Assembly (NCBI GenBank): GCA_020891255.1
Contig: BQFW01000012.1
Coordinates: 992,001-1,056,000, forward strand
Reading direction: 5' to 3'
From: Entomortierella parvispora E1425
Taxonomy: Eukaryota > Fungi > Mortierellomycota
Length of the DNA stretch: 64,000 nucleotides
In this document: positions 34,312 through 47,149 of the stretch, piece by piece
Numbering within the stretch: the stretch's first letter is position 1
Layout of the letters: each line of letters begins with the position of its first letter
Translations under genes and position numbers: made by a program
Notes under the pieces: model-generated
The model's database searches: none
What the model was told of the DNA's origin: nothing
What the model saw: the letters and a program-made list of their open reading frames with translations, nothing else

Positions 34312-35436
34312 TTAAAAAATGATACCGTGCTGCTCTTTGAAGGTTGTGACCAAGTCCATGCAGTTGTCCAAGTTGCTTACTGGGAGCCATTCGTCAGCTT
34401 CTCTGCCGTAGCCTTTGAATGACACTAGGAACTGGTGTTGTCTGCGGTAGAAGCGGTACTTTAAAATTTCGTCCACTTCATACTCCTCTTCGCCGTCAAT
34501 TACAGTGGGATCCACGGGGGCAGGAGCTCGAATGCCGAGTGACTCCGGGGACGGCAAATAGGGTCGAAAGGTATCAACGTGGAAGACGTCATGGATTTTG
34601 TAGAATGGTGGCAGCTCGACGCGGAAGGTGACAGGTGAGTGTTGCTCCAAAAGTGTGAACGGGCCAAGGAATTGAGGTCGAAGTTTATCGGCTGGTCTGA
34701 TACTGTCGGCAGGGATGGTGATATTGGTGGCACGCAGCAGGACCTTATCGCCAACCTTGTACTTGTGATCCCGTCGTCGCTTGTTTGCCTGTTGCTCCTG
34801 ATGATCCTGAGCACGCTGCAGAGCATCCTGGGCCAGGGCAAGGGTGGTCGCCTGCTCAGTCAGGAAGGTATCGACAGTGGGGACTGAGCTGCTGGGTTTA
34901 CCGAGGAGAGCGGTGGGGAGACGAGGGTGCTGGCCAGAGTTGAGGAAGAACGGCGAGTATCCCGTGGATGCATTGACAGCGTTGTTATAGGCGAATTCCA
35001 GTGACGGAAGGAGCTGGTCCCAGTTAGACTGCTTGTTGTCAATAAACGCTCTCAACATAGTCTTCAGCGTCTTGTTCATAACCTCTGTCTGCCCATCCGT
35101 CTGTGGGTGGTAGGCGGTTGACAGTGCAAGTTTGACATCCATTAGCCTGTGCAACTCTTGCCAGAATCTACTAGTGAATCGAGTGTCGCGGTCCGAGATG
35201 ATGGATGTTGGTGTGCCATGCAGCTTAAAGATGTTGTCAAAAAACTGGTGGGCGACGTCGACGGCTGTGGCAGAGGTAGTACTGGGGACGAAGTGAGCTT
35301 GCTTGGTCAGCTTGTCGACAAACACTGTGATGGCGTCAAAATTTCTAGCTGTGGGCGGAAGAGGGCCGATGAAGTCCATGGTGACTACCTCCCAACGTTG
35401 CGAAGGAATGGGTAGCGGTTGCAAGAGTCCAGCTGG
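34312..35436 (-). pseudogene. pol: Integrase-chromodomain of A3
   Basis: Identical to the A1 IN C-terminal part. Confidence 0.93.
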
Positions 35437-35982
35437 TGTGATGTTGTCTAAAGTAAGTATAGTCTAACGTCAGCAAAGGCTGGAGATGAAAATGATAACG
35501 AAAAGAATAATAACGAACAAAGCTCGCTGCTTACATATGATAGGGACTTTGCTCTCTGTGCCACAAGGATCAAGCACAGCACTGCTATATGATCAGATAC
35601 AATCTCGAGAGAATGAACTGGATAGACAGGAGGAGGAGAATGAGCAACAGGATCACGATATAAGCAGGAACGAAACTGAAAGGAGACTAATAAGGACATA
35701 CCAATGAGCTAAGCACGTCCTAATGGTAACCAAACAGGAGAATAAACAACTACGGAGGCGAACACTAGGTACTATACTAACTAATAACAACAACAAGGGA
35801 GGATTGAAGGGATCTAATCAGTAAGAGCAAGGCTAGAAGTATTCTATCCAGGGAAAGGGGACAAGGCCGCCTAACTGAGGGTTCAGGAGGGACTCGAGGG
35901 AAGGCGACGAGAAGATAAGGGAGGTTCCCAAGCACCAGTTAAGGTCTCAGGGTGCCCAAGCGCCAGTTAAGGCCTCAGGGTG

Positions 35983-37394
35983 CAGTAAAGTTATTCGTAG
36001 TCGCAGACTACGAATAATAGTTGTAGTCATACATATATATAGTCGTCGACTACACGCTCTAATTGTAGTCAGGAGACTACATTCCATATCCGTAGTCCGA
36101 AACTTCAGATAATAGCTGCAGTCTTGGACTACGTCTGCAATACATAGTCAGTCTCCATAATTCGTAGTCATCGGTTGACCTCTTATACGTAGTCTGAAAT
36201 AAGGTTTGAACACTACTATTCGTAGTCGCCGATGGATCTCTTAGACGTAGTCTTGCGAATTTCGAATAGCATTCGTTATTATTATTAGGCGTTATAAAAA
36301 ATCGGTAATAAAAAAATCGGTAGTAAGATTATTTTATTTTGAGACTTATTTAAAAACTAGTTTTAACCCCCAGAAAAAATCCAATGTAAAATATATTGAA
36401 TAAACTCGATAACCTAATTACGATAAATACTTAAGTTAAACTGTCACAGATAACTGCAGTGAAATAAAATCAATTGATCATTTATTGCAGATTATGATAG
36501 GGCGGCAACCTGCTACTTGCCCACTATCTCCAGTACCGTCGCCAATCGACAAACATAGCTTGGATTTGTACTTACCTTCTTTCACACTTTCCTATGGCTG
36601 CTCCCAAAACGTTGGACCCTGTTTGGACACGGCTCAAGAAATGGATGGGGAGGGCTTGGGAAGCCCAAAAAAAACGTGTGGTGTGGGAGCATGCACTTCG
36701 TACCAACACCTGGAACATCCTCCCTAGGTTGTGCCTTTAGTGAGGGCCAGAGCGAGTCAATGACCGGTTGCAAGCTCCTTCGCAGAGAGGGGCTGTCTAA
36801 ACAAGTGATAGATTACTATTTAGCTGATCCATAGCGTACAAACAATGGCGAGAGAAAAAAAAAAAAAAAAAAGCAACAACACAATCACTTACCCTCATCT
36901 GTCACAACTTGCGCATCTGATGCAAACGCCTGCCATTGCTCGAGGCGGAACATGAAGGCTTGTAAGGTGTAACGTGTGGTGGGCAGGTATACGAAGGATG
37001 AGAAAGAGAAGTAGCATGCAAGTGCAGAATCTGGTATGGATGAAGGGAAAGAGACGGCATGAGCGAAGAAGGCATGGGTCAGAAGGATCTGGCATGGGTG
37101 GGAGGGAAAGAGATGGCATGGGTGGGAGGGAAAGAGATGGCATGGGTGGGAGGGAAAGAGATGGCATGGGTGGGAGGGAAAGAGATGGCAGTGGGTGGGA
37201 GGGAAAGAGATGGCAATGGGTGAGAGACACAGATGAACCGCCTCCATACGGAGGAAGCGGGAGGAAGCTCCTCCATTGAGAAAAGACGGGTCGGCCACTT
37301 CCGTAACGGCGAGCGGCGAACGCGTGGGCGGCGAACGCGTTTGGCAGACTCCCTGCTCCGAAAAGAAAGAGCCAAAAAAAAAAAAAAAAAAAAA
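35983..37394 (+). repeat. Left TIR of the MULE
   Basis: Reverse complement of 45137-46567; GACTAC/GTAGTC subrepeats in the outer ~290 bp. Confidence 0.95.
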
Positions 37395-38350
37395 TAGCTT
37401 TGTGTCTAAACTCCAACAGAGCCTTGACGGAGAGATTCAATGCGATCCTTATTCCTTACTTCAATGTCTGACAATTGAGTGGACTCAAGCGAATGCTGGC
37501 GACTGAATGGGTTCCAGGGTCAAGCCCTGCTGTTCTTTTTCAAGTCAGTCGATAAAGTCCTATTCTTCATATTTCGACGGATATGGTAGCTATTGGGCCA
37601 TAAACTCGTAGGCCCTGACTGGCGACATTCGCATGAACTCCTCTATTCAGGTACTGCCTACACACAGCGGCGATCAGATCTGGGTTAGGTGTGACTACAG
37701 TGGATGAGTATGGTTTGGTCAAGAAAAAAAAAAATCACAGCAGTCCTGCTGAAAGAAAAAGAAAAAAAAATGGGAGGACTAAGTATATCCATTGAGTCTA
37801 CATGTGAGGCTCAGACTGCATGGGGGGACCTGAATGGGATAAATAGAAAACACAAAGTCTGGTGCGCTAAATGTTGCAGCACCCACCCAAAAAGCCTGAT
37901 CCAACTCTTCTTCTCACAAACTATCACCCATGCAATTGAGAAGCAAACGCAAGGCCCCTGGTCTGGCGCCGCCGAAAACAAAACGCCATGCTTCTAACAA
38001 AGAGGTGCTGGGAAAACGAACTGCTTCCACTATGGAGATGTATGTATTTCGAGTTTTTTGTCAACACGGCGCATAACCGCCGAGGCTATCATAGAGGGAC
38101 TGCTAAATTAACAAGAAAATTTGTGGATTTAGTACTGGCCGTGCGAGGCTCGCTGATCTGACGAATCTTACCGTGAGGGATGTTGACAGCTGTCGTCAGA
38201 ACTTCAAGTGAGTAGTTGAGCTATATCAGCCCTGTATTATCTGGAGTAGCAAGAACAGGATTACTAAAAGTTCACGAATTGGTCTTCATACTCGATTCAA
38301 CTAGGTACCTCGTCACCTCAGTGGACATTCCCTGTGGTTCAATATCTCCG

Positions 38351-41300
38351 ATGCGAGCGAGAACCAAGGCAACAAGCAACCCCTTCGCGTACAGCCTGAG
38401 GTCTAAACTACCACTGGCGATCGCACAGAATCTCGCGCGTTTTCAAGTAGCCTCTCTCGATCTTGACATCCCGGTATTGTCAGAGAAGTCCTTAGAGTCC
38501 AGCCAATCTCCTACTGATGCCACTTCTCTTACATCCTCGGCTTCCTATGAAAGCATCAAGCATACCGGGCAAGATGAGAAGAACACAGCTGATCCGGCAC
38601 TGTCTGCTGCAACTCCTGTGCCAAACAATTCAATCGGCCCCGACCTTTCAATCACAACTGGGCTTCCTCTGAATGAGAGCGCCAAACCCTTCGAGCAAGA
38701 CGAGAAAAACCAGGCTGCTCCGGCACCGTCCGCTGCAACCCCTGTGCCAGACAACTCAGTCGAACCCGACACGTCCATCACAACTGAGCCTCCTTTGAAT
38801 GAGAGCGCCAAACCCCTCGAGCAAGACGAAAAAAACCAGGCTGCTCCGGCACCGTCCGCTGCAACCCCTGCGCCAGACAATTCAATCGACCCGAACACTT
38901 CCATCGCGGCTGGGCCTCCTCTGAATGAGAGCGCCAAATCCCTCGAGCAAGACGAGAAAAACCAGGCTGCTCCGGCACCGTCCGCTGCAACCCCTGTGCC
39001 AGACAATTCAATCGACCCGAACACTTCCGTCGCGGCTGGGCCTCCTCTGAATGAGAGCGCCAAACCTCTCGAGCAAGACGAAAAAAACCAGGCTGCTCCG
39101 GCAATGTCCGCTGCAACCCCTGTGCCAGACAATCCAATCGGCCCAAACACTTCCATCGCGGCTGGGCCTCCTCTGAATGAGAGCGCCAAACCTCTCGAGC
39201 AAGACGAAAAAAACCAGGCTGCTCCGGCACCGTCCACTACAACCCCTGTGCCAGACAATTCAATCGACCCGAACACTTCCATTGCGGCTGGGCCTCCTCT
39301 GAATGAGAGCACCAAACCCCTCGAGCAAGACGACTCAATCGACCCGAACACTTCTTCCATCGTGACTGGGCCTCCTCTGAATGAGAGCACTAATGCTCCA
39401 GTATCGCGCGTTCCAATCTATGTACCAGACGATCCGGATTTAGACGCGGCAAATCCTACTCCATCTTGGTTGAGGAAATCTAGCACGCTAAAGCAGATTC
39501 TTGACAGTGAACTGCCATCTGTTTCTGCAGTCCAGTTTCGTAAAATCGGACCTGCAGAACCTGGCAAAAACTCTCTGACCGTCGCTGACTTGGAGATAAC
39601 ACTACCCAAAATCCCGTCGGATGAAGCGATCAAAACTGCAATGCAAGAGATTTCTAAGACGGACTTAAAAGATGCGCAAGCCTGGTTTGGAGAACGGTTT
39701 AGAAAGCCATCCTTATTTATGTCTATTGAGACAGTGCGAGCAATATTACGTACCCATGAGGTTATTGAAATCAAGAGTCATTTTCCGAAGATGCTTAACT
39801 GGCTAAAGGACACTGTCGATGAGCTGAATCGTATTTCCAAATCTCAAGCTACCCTCCGAAGCTCACTCAAAGGCGACACGCGCTTCCTTAAGAGCTTTTA
39901 TTCCAAGCTGATAGGCCAGACCGACACCATTAACTGCACCATTGCTGTAGGCGACAATCAACTAAGGATGAAGAGTCTCTATTCCTTTGCCGAGGAGACA
40001 TGGATGGACGACGACGTGGTTATGGTCGCGTTGAATCTATTCGGGAAACGCGACAGTGGCGATAACTCTTTCTTATTCATATCTCCGAGAGACTTGAGTA
40101 TCTCTGAGTCTGAGCTTTCAATGACATATTGGAGTTCATCGTTAGAGCAAATGGAATACATGAAGAAGGAAGGAGAACGAGTCCGTCTTGGGAAGCTGAA
40201 AAAACAAGTCAAGGCGCTAGGCGCAGTGTTTGTCAGAAACAATCACTGGATGGTAATGGGGTACGATTTCGTGACGGATGAGCTTATTCTTGGTGATTCT
40301 CTTGATAAAGGCATCCTCAAGACGAATGAGCTCGTAGATCAGCTGCTGGACAAATGGATCGACTACCATGTGTTGAAGAAACGGAAGCCTGGTTATCGCC
40401 ACCTCAAGATGCCTCAGCAAAGTTGGAGAAGTGGATCATGCGCTGTGATTACTTTGAATACCATCGAACACATTTTGGATCCGCGTGTAAGGGTTTGGAC
40501 AGAAGACGCAAGCAGATTTCACCGCGCCAGACTGCTGCGAATGCTTTTCGGCCCCTATGCAGGCACCGACGGATTAGATGACGCTGCTGTCTTGGAGTGC
40601 ATGACTCTGGTGACAAGTCATCGGCCACAGTCCAACGTCGCAGAGGAGGAGGAAGAGGAGGAGGACGAGGAGGAAGAAGAATGGCAAAGACAACAGCCCG
40701 ATGTCGAGGACGAGGACGAGGAAGAATGGCAAAGACAACAGTCCGATGTCGAGGACGAGGACGAAGAAAATGATGAGGACGAGGAAGAATGGCAAAGACA
40801 ACAGTCCGAGGACGAGGACGAAGAAAACGATGAGGACGAGGAAAATGATGAGGACGAGAAGGAGCAGGGGGAGAAGAGCAAGCAGTCCGCTGGGACAGAA
40901 GAGGATGCATCAGATGTTGACGTTGTCTTTCCTTGGGACATTGGTCACGCCTTTCCCTCTGATCGAGCGGCCACAATCGAACTCATAAAAGAGTGGATGC
41001 TCCCTCGCGGATACGACCTGATAATAACCTCGTCTCCGACGCTCTCAAGCTGTTTAAAACGTAAGTGCCACAGAGTCAAAAGACGTGTCTATTTGTTCGA
41101 AAGAACTCACCGCTTACTCTTGTTTCTATAGTTGTTTTGCATTGCGACAAGGCAGGAGACTGGAACCCTCTCAAGCACGACGACCCCAAAAAGCGACGCA
41201 ATACGAAATCAAAACGCAAAAATTGCAAGTTCCGCCTCGTCTTCAAAGCTGCATTTCGATATGAAGATGGAGAGAGGAAGAATGATGGTTGGATTTTGGA

Positions 41301-43366
41301 GAAGATGGATGATGAGCACAACCATCCACCTGATCCAAAGATCAAGGAACGCGGCTGGTCAGCGACAAGACTTAGCGATGAGCAAAAGGAGTTTATTCGG
41401 ACAGCCCAAACAACATACGGTCTCGATGTGCTGGGCACTCGCAAAGCAATGGAGGAAAATGGTCTTGGACACAATGTGAGCTACAAGAGCATTGCATACC
41501 AGTCCCATCTGATTACACTTGCTAGAGACAGCATGCACGACAATGGCCCCAAAAGTGAGGCGATGGAGTTGATCGACGAGCTGGAAGAGAAGAAGCGCGC
41601 CGACAACCGCTGGTTTTTTGTCTACGAAATCAACCGAAAGGATAGGACTCTTGAGAGGGTTTTTTGGATGTCGCCAGAGCAGCGCGTGCTATATCTGCAG
41701 TACTCGGATGTGATTGTCAATGACAACACCTCAGGAACAAATCACTTTGGCTTGTTCCTCAATGCCTCAGTTGCCATTGATAATGCCGGTAACAGTCGTT
41801 TAGTAGCCTGCGCCTTGGTCATGCGACAGCAGTCCGTGGATTACAGCTGGATTTTAGAGCAACTCAAGGCCTCTGGAGATGAGAAGGCACCGGACGTTAT
41901 CCTTGTTGACGAAGACACTGCAATGGAAGCTGCTATTCTAAAGGGCCTACCCAACACTAAGATTATCAACTGTATTTGGCACATGTCTGAAAATATTCCA
42001 CGGACAATGCGCAAACATATCAAAGATTTCACCTGGCATGACTTCAAGCCCAAGTTTTGGTCGGCAAGGAACTCCATCTCGCCAGAAGAGTTTGACAGGC
42101 GCTGGAAAGATCTGGAAAGCGAATTTGCCTCGAAAAACAAAGGTCTTCAAGAATATCTGGAAAGACTCTACAAGCGCCGCGATCGTTGGGCTTTGGCCTT
42201 TGTTGGAACCACGTTCACTGCTGGTGCGCAATCAACACAGCGAGTTGAAAGCACTCATGCAGTTATCAAGCGCGTACTGAGTCCTAAGATCCGACTTGTG
42301 GGGTTGTTCAAGGCGTTGCACGAAAGATCTCTTACTGAGATCCACAAAAACAACGCCGCTGCTTTTTACAATGCGCACAAAAGTGAAAAACCACCTCCAG
42401 ATTGGACACAGCAACAATTCAGTGCAATCGAGGATGAGAATCAACGGTATCTTGGCCCCTTTGCACGCAATCGAATCGTAGAGGAGATCAGATACAGTAA
42501 TTTTTATAAGTTTCGGCTCTATGAATCTACTTCTGAACATGATGAGGTAAAGGCGACAAACATGTTGTCTGACTTGAAAACGCGTCATCACGAATATTTA
42601 TATTTATTTTTTTTTTATTCATTATTTTTTTTTTTTCACACTGCTTCAGTCGCTTAGATCTCCAAGAAAACTGATCGACGTCCTAGGAAGTGGCAATGTC
42701 GCTAGGACATTTGAGGTGTCACCGGACCGCAAAAGCGGCCCTGGCGTTCCCGATCCGCACTTTGTGATGCTTTTGAAGGATGGTAGCTATATGTGCTCTT
42801 GCTATGCCTTTTGTAATATTGGTATTGTGTGTCGCCATTTCTTCCGGGTAGGACGAGACGAGCCTACTCTCAGGTACCACATAACTCTTATCAACCCGCG
42901 ATGGCGTGAGCGAGAGCATGACCTTGTTGACTTGAGTACACGTCCTATGATCTCAATGTCGGATGACTCGGCGAAATTACCCCCGCCTGGCCCCGCTTTC
43001 ATGCAGTCTTGGGAGAGAATACTGTCTTTCCGTAATGCCATACCGGGGCCTACAAAGGAAGAGATATCTAAAAAGGCCAAGTTTGGTGATCTCAAGGGAA
43101 AGTTTGAAAGCCTGGCAAACAAAACACTCGTCAGCGGAGATCCCGACAGGCTAATGGCCATCCTGAGCGAAATGGAGCTTGATATCGATATCCGATCAGG
43201 GAGCAAGGACAGAGCTCAGGACCCTGTGGAACACAAGCGCCCAGGCCCCCCTCAACGAAAAAGGTTAAAGTCCGCTTTAGAATTAAAGAGACCTAAAGGA
43301 CCCAAGTCAAAAACCAAGGCCTCTTCAGTGAATGGGGCGCCCAATGGAATCCCCAAGAAAAAGTAG
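38351..43366 (+). CDS. Ulp1/C48-like cysteine protease fused to a FAR1-type DBD, MULE DDE transposase and SWIM; 3 exons (38351-41060, 41132-42546, 42650-43366), ~1613 aa
   Basis: GT..AG introns 41061-41131 and 42547-42649 join three ORFs in frame. Protease motifs WMDDDVV, NNHW, GDSL, QQ..SGSC. Transposase motifs CDKAG...CKFRL...HNHP, NDNT, VDED, CIWH, VEST. SWIM CSC...CRH. Splicing is inferred. Confidence 0.88.
38567..39390 (+). repeat. Coding tandem repeat, 126-bp (42-aa) unit, about 6 copies plus a partial
   Basis: EQDEKNQAAPAPSAATPVPDNSIDPNTSIAAGPPLNESAKPL recurring at 126-bp spacing (38693, 38819, 38945, 39071, 39197, 39323). Confidence 0.95.
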
Positions 43367-43660
43367 GACCAGCTCATTAAATAAACAGTGACCACATTCG
43401 AATCGAAGCCATTTTTTTTTGCGATCGATAAATCTTAATCTACACAAAGTACTGTAGTCTATTGACAATAAGGTTTGATCTCCACACATTTCTCTATATA
43501 GTGGACAACTTGTCAAACAGTAATGATGCTTGGCCCCAGAAGAACATGGTAATCAAGGTGGGACCTGTGTCATTGCACTCAAGAATGTCGTGACAAAGGT
43601 TTAACTAGATACTCCTATCGTCATATCAGCAGCACATGGGAGTCCTCAATGGCCTGTCTT

Positions 43661-43699
<39 letters not shown>

Positions 43700-45134
43700 A
43701 TATTCTCAACGTGCTTGATGCTGACGCTGGCATCGTTGATGCTGGCCATATACACTGGAGCTTCTCATCAATTCTGCTGGAACCTGGGGCCCCAAGAACA
43801 GGATTCCTCAGTTTAAATAGGATGCCGAGATCAATCAGGGTTGCAGGCGTCCTTCTACATAGCAGAGGCTCCAGCTATGTTCAGTTTTTAGGATCACCTA
43901 GATAGAGCCTCTACGCCTCAAGGATATGTCCTCGGCCGCCCCTATTATTCGAATATTGTAAATCGTTGCAAGACGCAAAAGGTCATGTCATTTATCTATG
44001 ATTTGGGTGAAAGTTGCTTTGTCAATAACTATAGATAAACCTGGTATACTCTCAAAGGAATAGTTCATGCGTTTGGTCTTCATTGGGAGTTGCTATGAAC
44101 GCGATCTCTATTTTTTTACCTGACCATGTCGGTAGACCAGCTTAACCAACATAAGACTAGCCAGACCATCACAAATGGCCATTGCTCACTGTTCTCCAAT
44201 GTAAAAAGAGACATAGAGGACGAATTATCTTATAATCGCTCTCTAACAGCTATGACTGATCGCTTGGTTCATGGAGTTTCATGTGCCATCTACTTTTGAG
44301 TCGCCCTGAAGGGTTAATACATTGGATGGGGCGTTCTTGGGTTAACTTCCAACCGCCTATCAAATGGCGAAAGGTATCGTCTTGACAGCTGTGGATCCTA
44401 CCGATAGAGGCATGAACTGCAGAAGTATATCGTCATGTAGCCTGAGTGTGGGCTACCAAAAAGAAAACGGTGCGAACGCACATGAGGTTATGTTGACTAA
44501 ATATATAAAAAGAGGAGGGTAAGGAGCAGGTAGAGAGAGAAGGCAACGCCAGAACTGCAGGACTGCAAATGAAAGGACGGGTGCCATAAAAAGAGGCGGC
44601 TTTAACTGATTTCGAACCTGGGGATTGGTCTGCAAAAAAAAAAAGGCTTGCGCTCTCAACTAGAGAGCAAAACCAACTGCTACACATGAATACAACATTG
44701 AAGAGTTGTAGACTATATAACTCTTCCCCCTCGGTCTACATTCAATTATAGATCGTGCAATTATACATGGTATTATAAAAAAAAACCCCCTCCTTCTCGG
44801 TGGAGCAGAAGAGCCAGTCGTTCCCACCTCGTCCCAATCTCGCTCCGATGCAAATGCACAGGTTGGGCGAGCTTCAAATCTCTCTGTTTCTGCATTAAAA
44901 AGGTCTTATTCCCTCCATTCTCCGTTCCTCATTGAATTCCAAATTCGTCAGATCTGACTGGGGGCTTAAGCGTTAATATGGTGTTTTCATATCGACCACT
45001 GCACTCCCACTTCATATGAGGTTGTTACAAAACACTCGCGCGCCCCCCTTTCCAACCAACGCAAAAGCCGCCCGAAAACCCGCGCAAGCTGAACCAGAAC
45101 CCTTCTTCTGATGTGACTCTGCCCCGTGCCAAGT

Positions 45135-45136
<2 letters not shown>

Positions 45137-45167
<31 letters not shown>

Positions 45168-46567
45168 GCTCTTTCTTTTCGGGTTCTTTTCGGAGCAGGA
45201 ATCTGCCAAACGCGTTCGCCGCCCACGCGTTCGCCGCTCGCCGTTGCGGAAGTGGCCGACCCGTCTTTTCTCAATGGAGGAGCTTCCTCCCGCTTCCTCC
45301 GTATGGAGGCGGTTCATCTGTGTCTCTCACCCATTGCCATCTCTTTCCCTCCCACCCACTGCCATCTCTTTCCCTCCCACCCATGCCATCTCTTTCCCTC
45401 CCACCCATGCCATCTCTTTCCCTCCCACCCATGCCATCTCTTTCCCTCCCACCCATGCCAGATCCTTCTGACCCATGCCTTCTTCGCTCATGCCGTCTCT
45501 TTCCCTTCATCCATACCAGATTCTGCACTTGCATGCTACTTCTCTTTCTCATCCTTCGTATACCTGCCCACCACACGTTACACCTTACAAGCCTTCATGT
45601 TCCGCCTCGAGCAATGGCAGGCGTTTGCATCAGATGCGCAAGTTGTGACAGATGAGGGTAAGTGATTGTGTTGTTGCTTTTTTTTTTTTTTTTTTCTCTC
45701 GCCATTGTTTGTACGCTATGGATCAGCTAAATAGTAATCTATCACTTGTTTAGACAGCCCCTCTCTGCGAAGGAGCTTGCAACCGGTCATTGACTCGCTC
45801 TGGCCCTCACTAAAGGCACAACCTAGGGAGGATGTTCCAGGTGTTGGTACGAAGTGCATGCTCCCACACCACACGTTTTTTTTGGGCTTCCCAAGCCCTC
45901 CCCATCCATTTCTTGAGCCGTGTCCAAACAGGGTCCAACGTTTTGGGAGCAGCCATAGGAAAGTGTGAAAGAAGGTAAGTACAAATCCAAGCTATGTTTG
46001 TCGATTGGCGACGGTACTGGAGATAGTGGGCAAGTAGCAGGTTGCCGCCCTATCATAATCTGCAATAAATGATCAATTGATTTTATTTCACTGCAGTTAT
46101 CTGTGACAGTTTAACTTAAGTATTTATCGTAATTAGGTTATCGAGTTTATTCAATATATTTTACATTGGATTTTTTCTGGGGGTTAAAACTAGTTTTTAA
46201 ATAAGTCTCAAAATAAAATAATCTTACTACCGATTTTTTTATTACCGATTTTTTATAACGCCTAATAATAATAACGAATGTTATTCGAAATTCGCAAGAC
46301 TACGTCTAAGAGATCCATCGGCGACTACGAATAGTAGTGTTCAAACCTTATTTCAGACTACGTATAAGAGGTCAACCGATGACTACGAATTATGGAGACT
46401 GACTATGTATTGCAGACGTAGTCCAAGACTGCAGCTATTATCTGAAGTTTCGGACTACGGATATGGAATGTAGTCTCCTGACTACAATTAGAGCGTGTAG
46501 TCGACGACTATATATATGTATGACTACACCTATTATTCGTAGTCTGCGACTACAATTAGAATTTGTG
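45137..46567 (-). repeat. Right TIR of the MULE
   Basis: Reverse complement of 35983-37394. Confidence 0.95.
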
Positions 46568-47149
46568 CTCAGGGTGGGATGCCAAGATCGTACAAGTCCA
46601 CTCAAAAGAGACAAGACATTGTTGGTACCTCGTAAGTGAGCAAGGACACGGAGAACTGGTTGGCCGAGGTTCTTGACGGGACTTGTCGAGGACGGGGAAG
46701 ATCGTAACTTGTGAGTGTACAAGGTCGATCAACAGAACGTAATAGGTCTGTGATATCCAAAGGTAAGGGGAGGAGGTTTAGACTAGCTACTAATAGTCTC
46801 AGCAATCGGAATTAAGGCGTCGAGCTTGCTGCTGCTGCAAAGGGGATATCGGGCAGGAAGGGGGGGATGTGTGTTTGTGTTCTGAAGGGTTCAACAAAAG
46901 TGTACTGGCAGGAATCGTAAAGGAAAAAGGCAACCAGGAGCAAAATGGATTTTGCTCCCTTCTTTATAGAAAAAAAAACTGAAACTAAACAAAATAATAA
47001 ATGCTACTGAAAATATATCTCTACTCCGATGGATGTGGACCGGGACTCCACATCTACTACACCACACCGATCCCAGGGTCTCTTTCTCACATCCTCCTAT
47101 GTGAGAGCAAGCCAGTGAGTGTCTCTGGTGGGCTGATCCCCATATCCTA

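Larger units (their letters stand above)
35983..46567 (+). mobile_element. Mutator-like DNA transposon (MULE), 10,585 bp, with long TIRs; apparently autonomous
   Basis: 9-bp TSD CTCAGGGTG at 35974-35982 and 46568-46576, ~1.4-kb inverted repeats and an intact transposase. Confidence 0.96.

Noticed and set aside
35983-36270. CRISPR-like array in the GACTAC repeats or the 126-bp repeats
   Set aside because: There are no constant repeats with unique spacers and no cas genes; the context is a eukaryotic TIR and coding repeats.
38545-39390. 281-aa antisense ORF over the 126-bp repeats
   Set aside because: It is a by-product of a stop-free repeat unit on the opposite strand.
43400-45130. Captured host gene (Pack-MULE cargo) downstream of the transposase
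   Set aside because: Only short, low-complexity ORFs; I cannot support any product without a database search.
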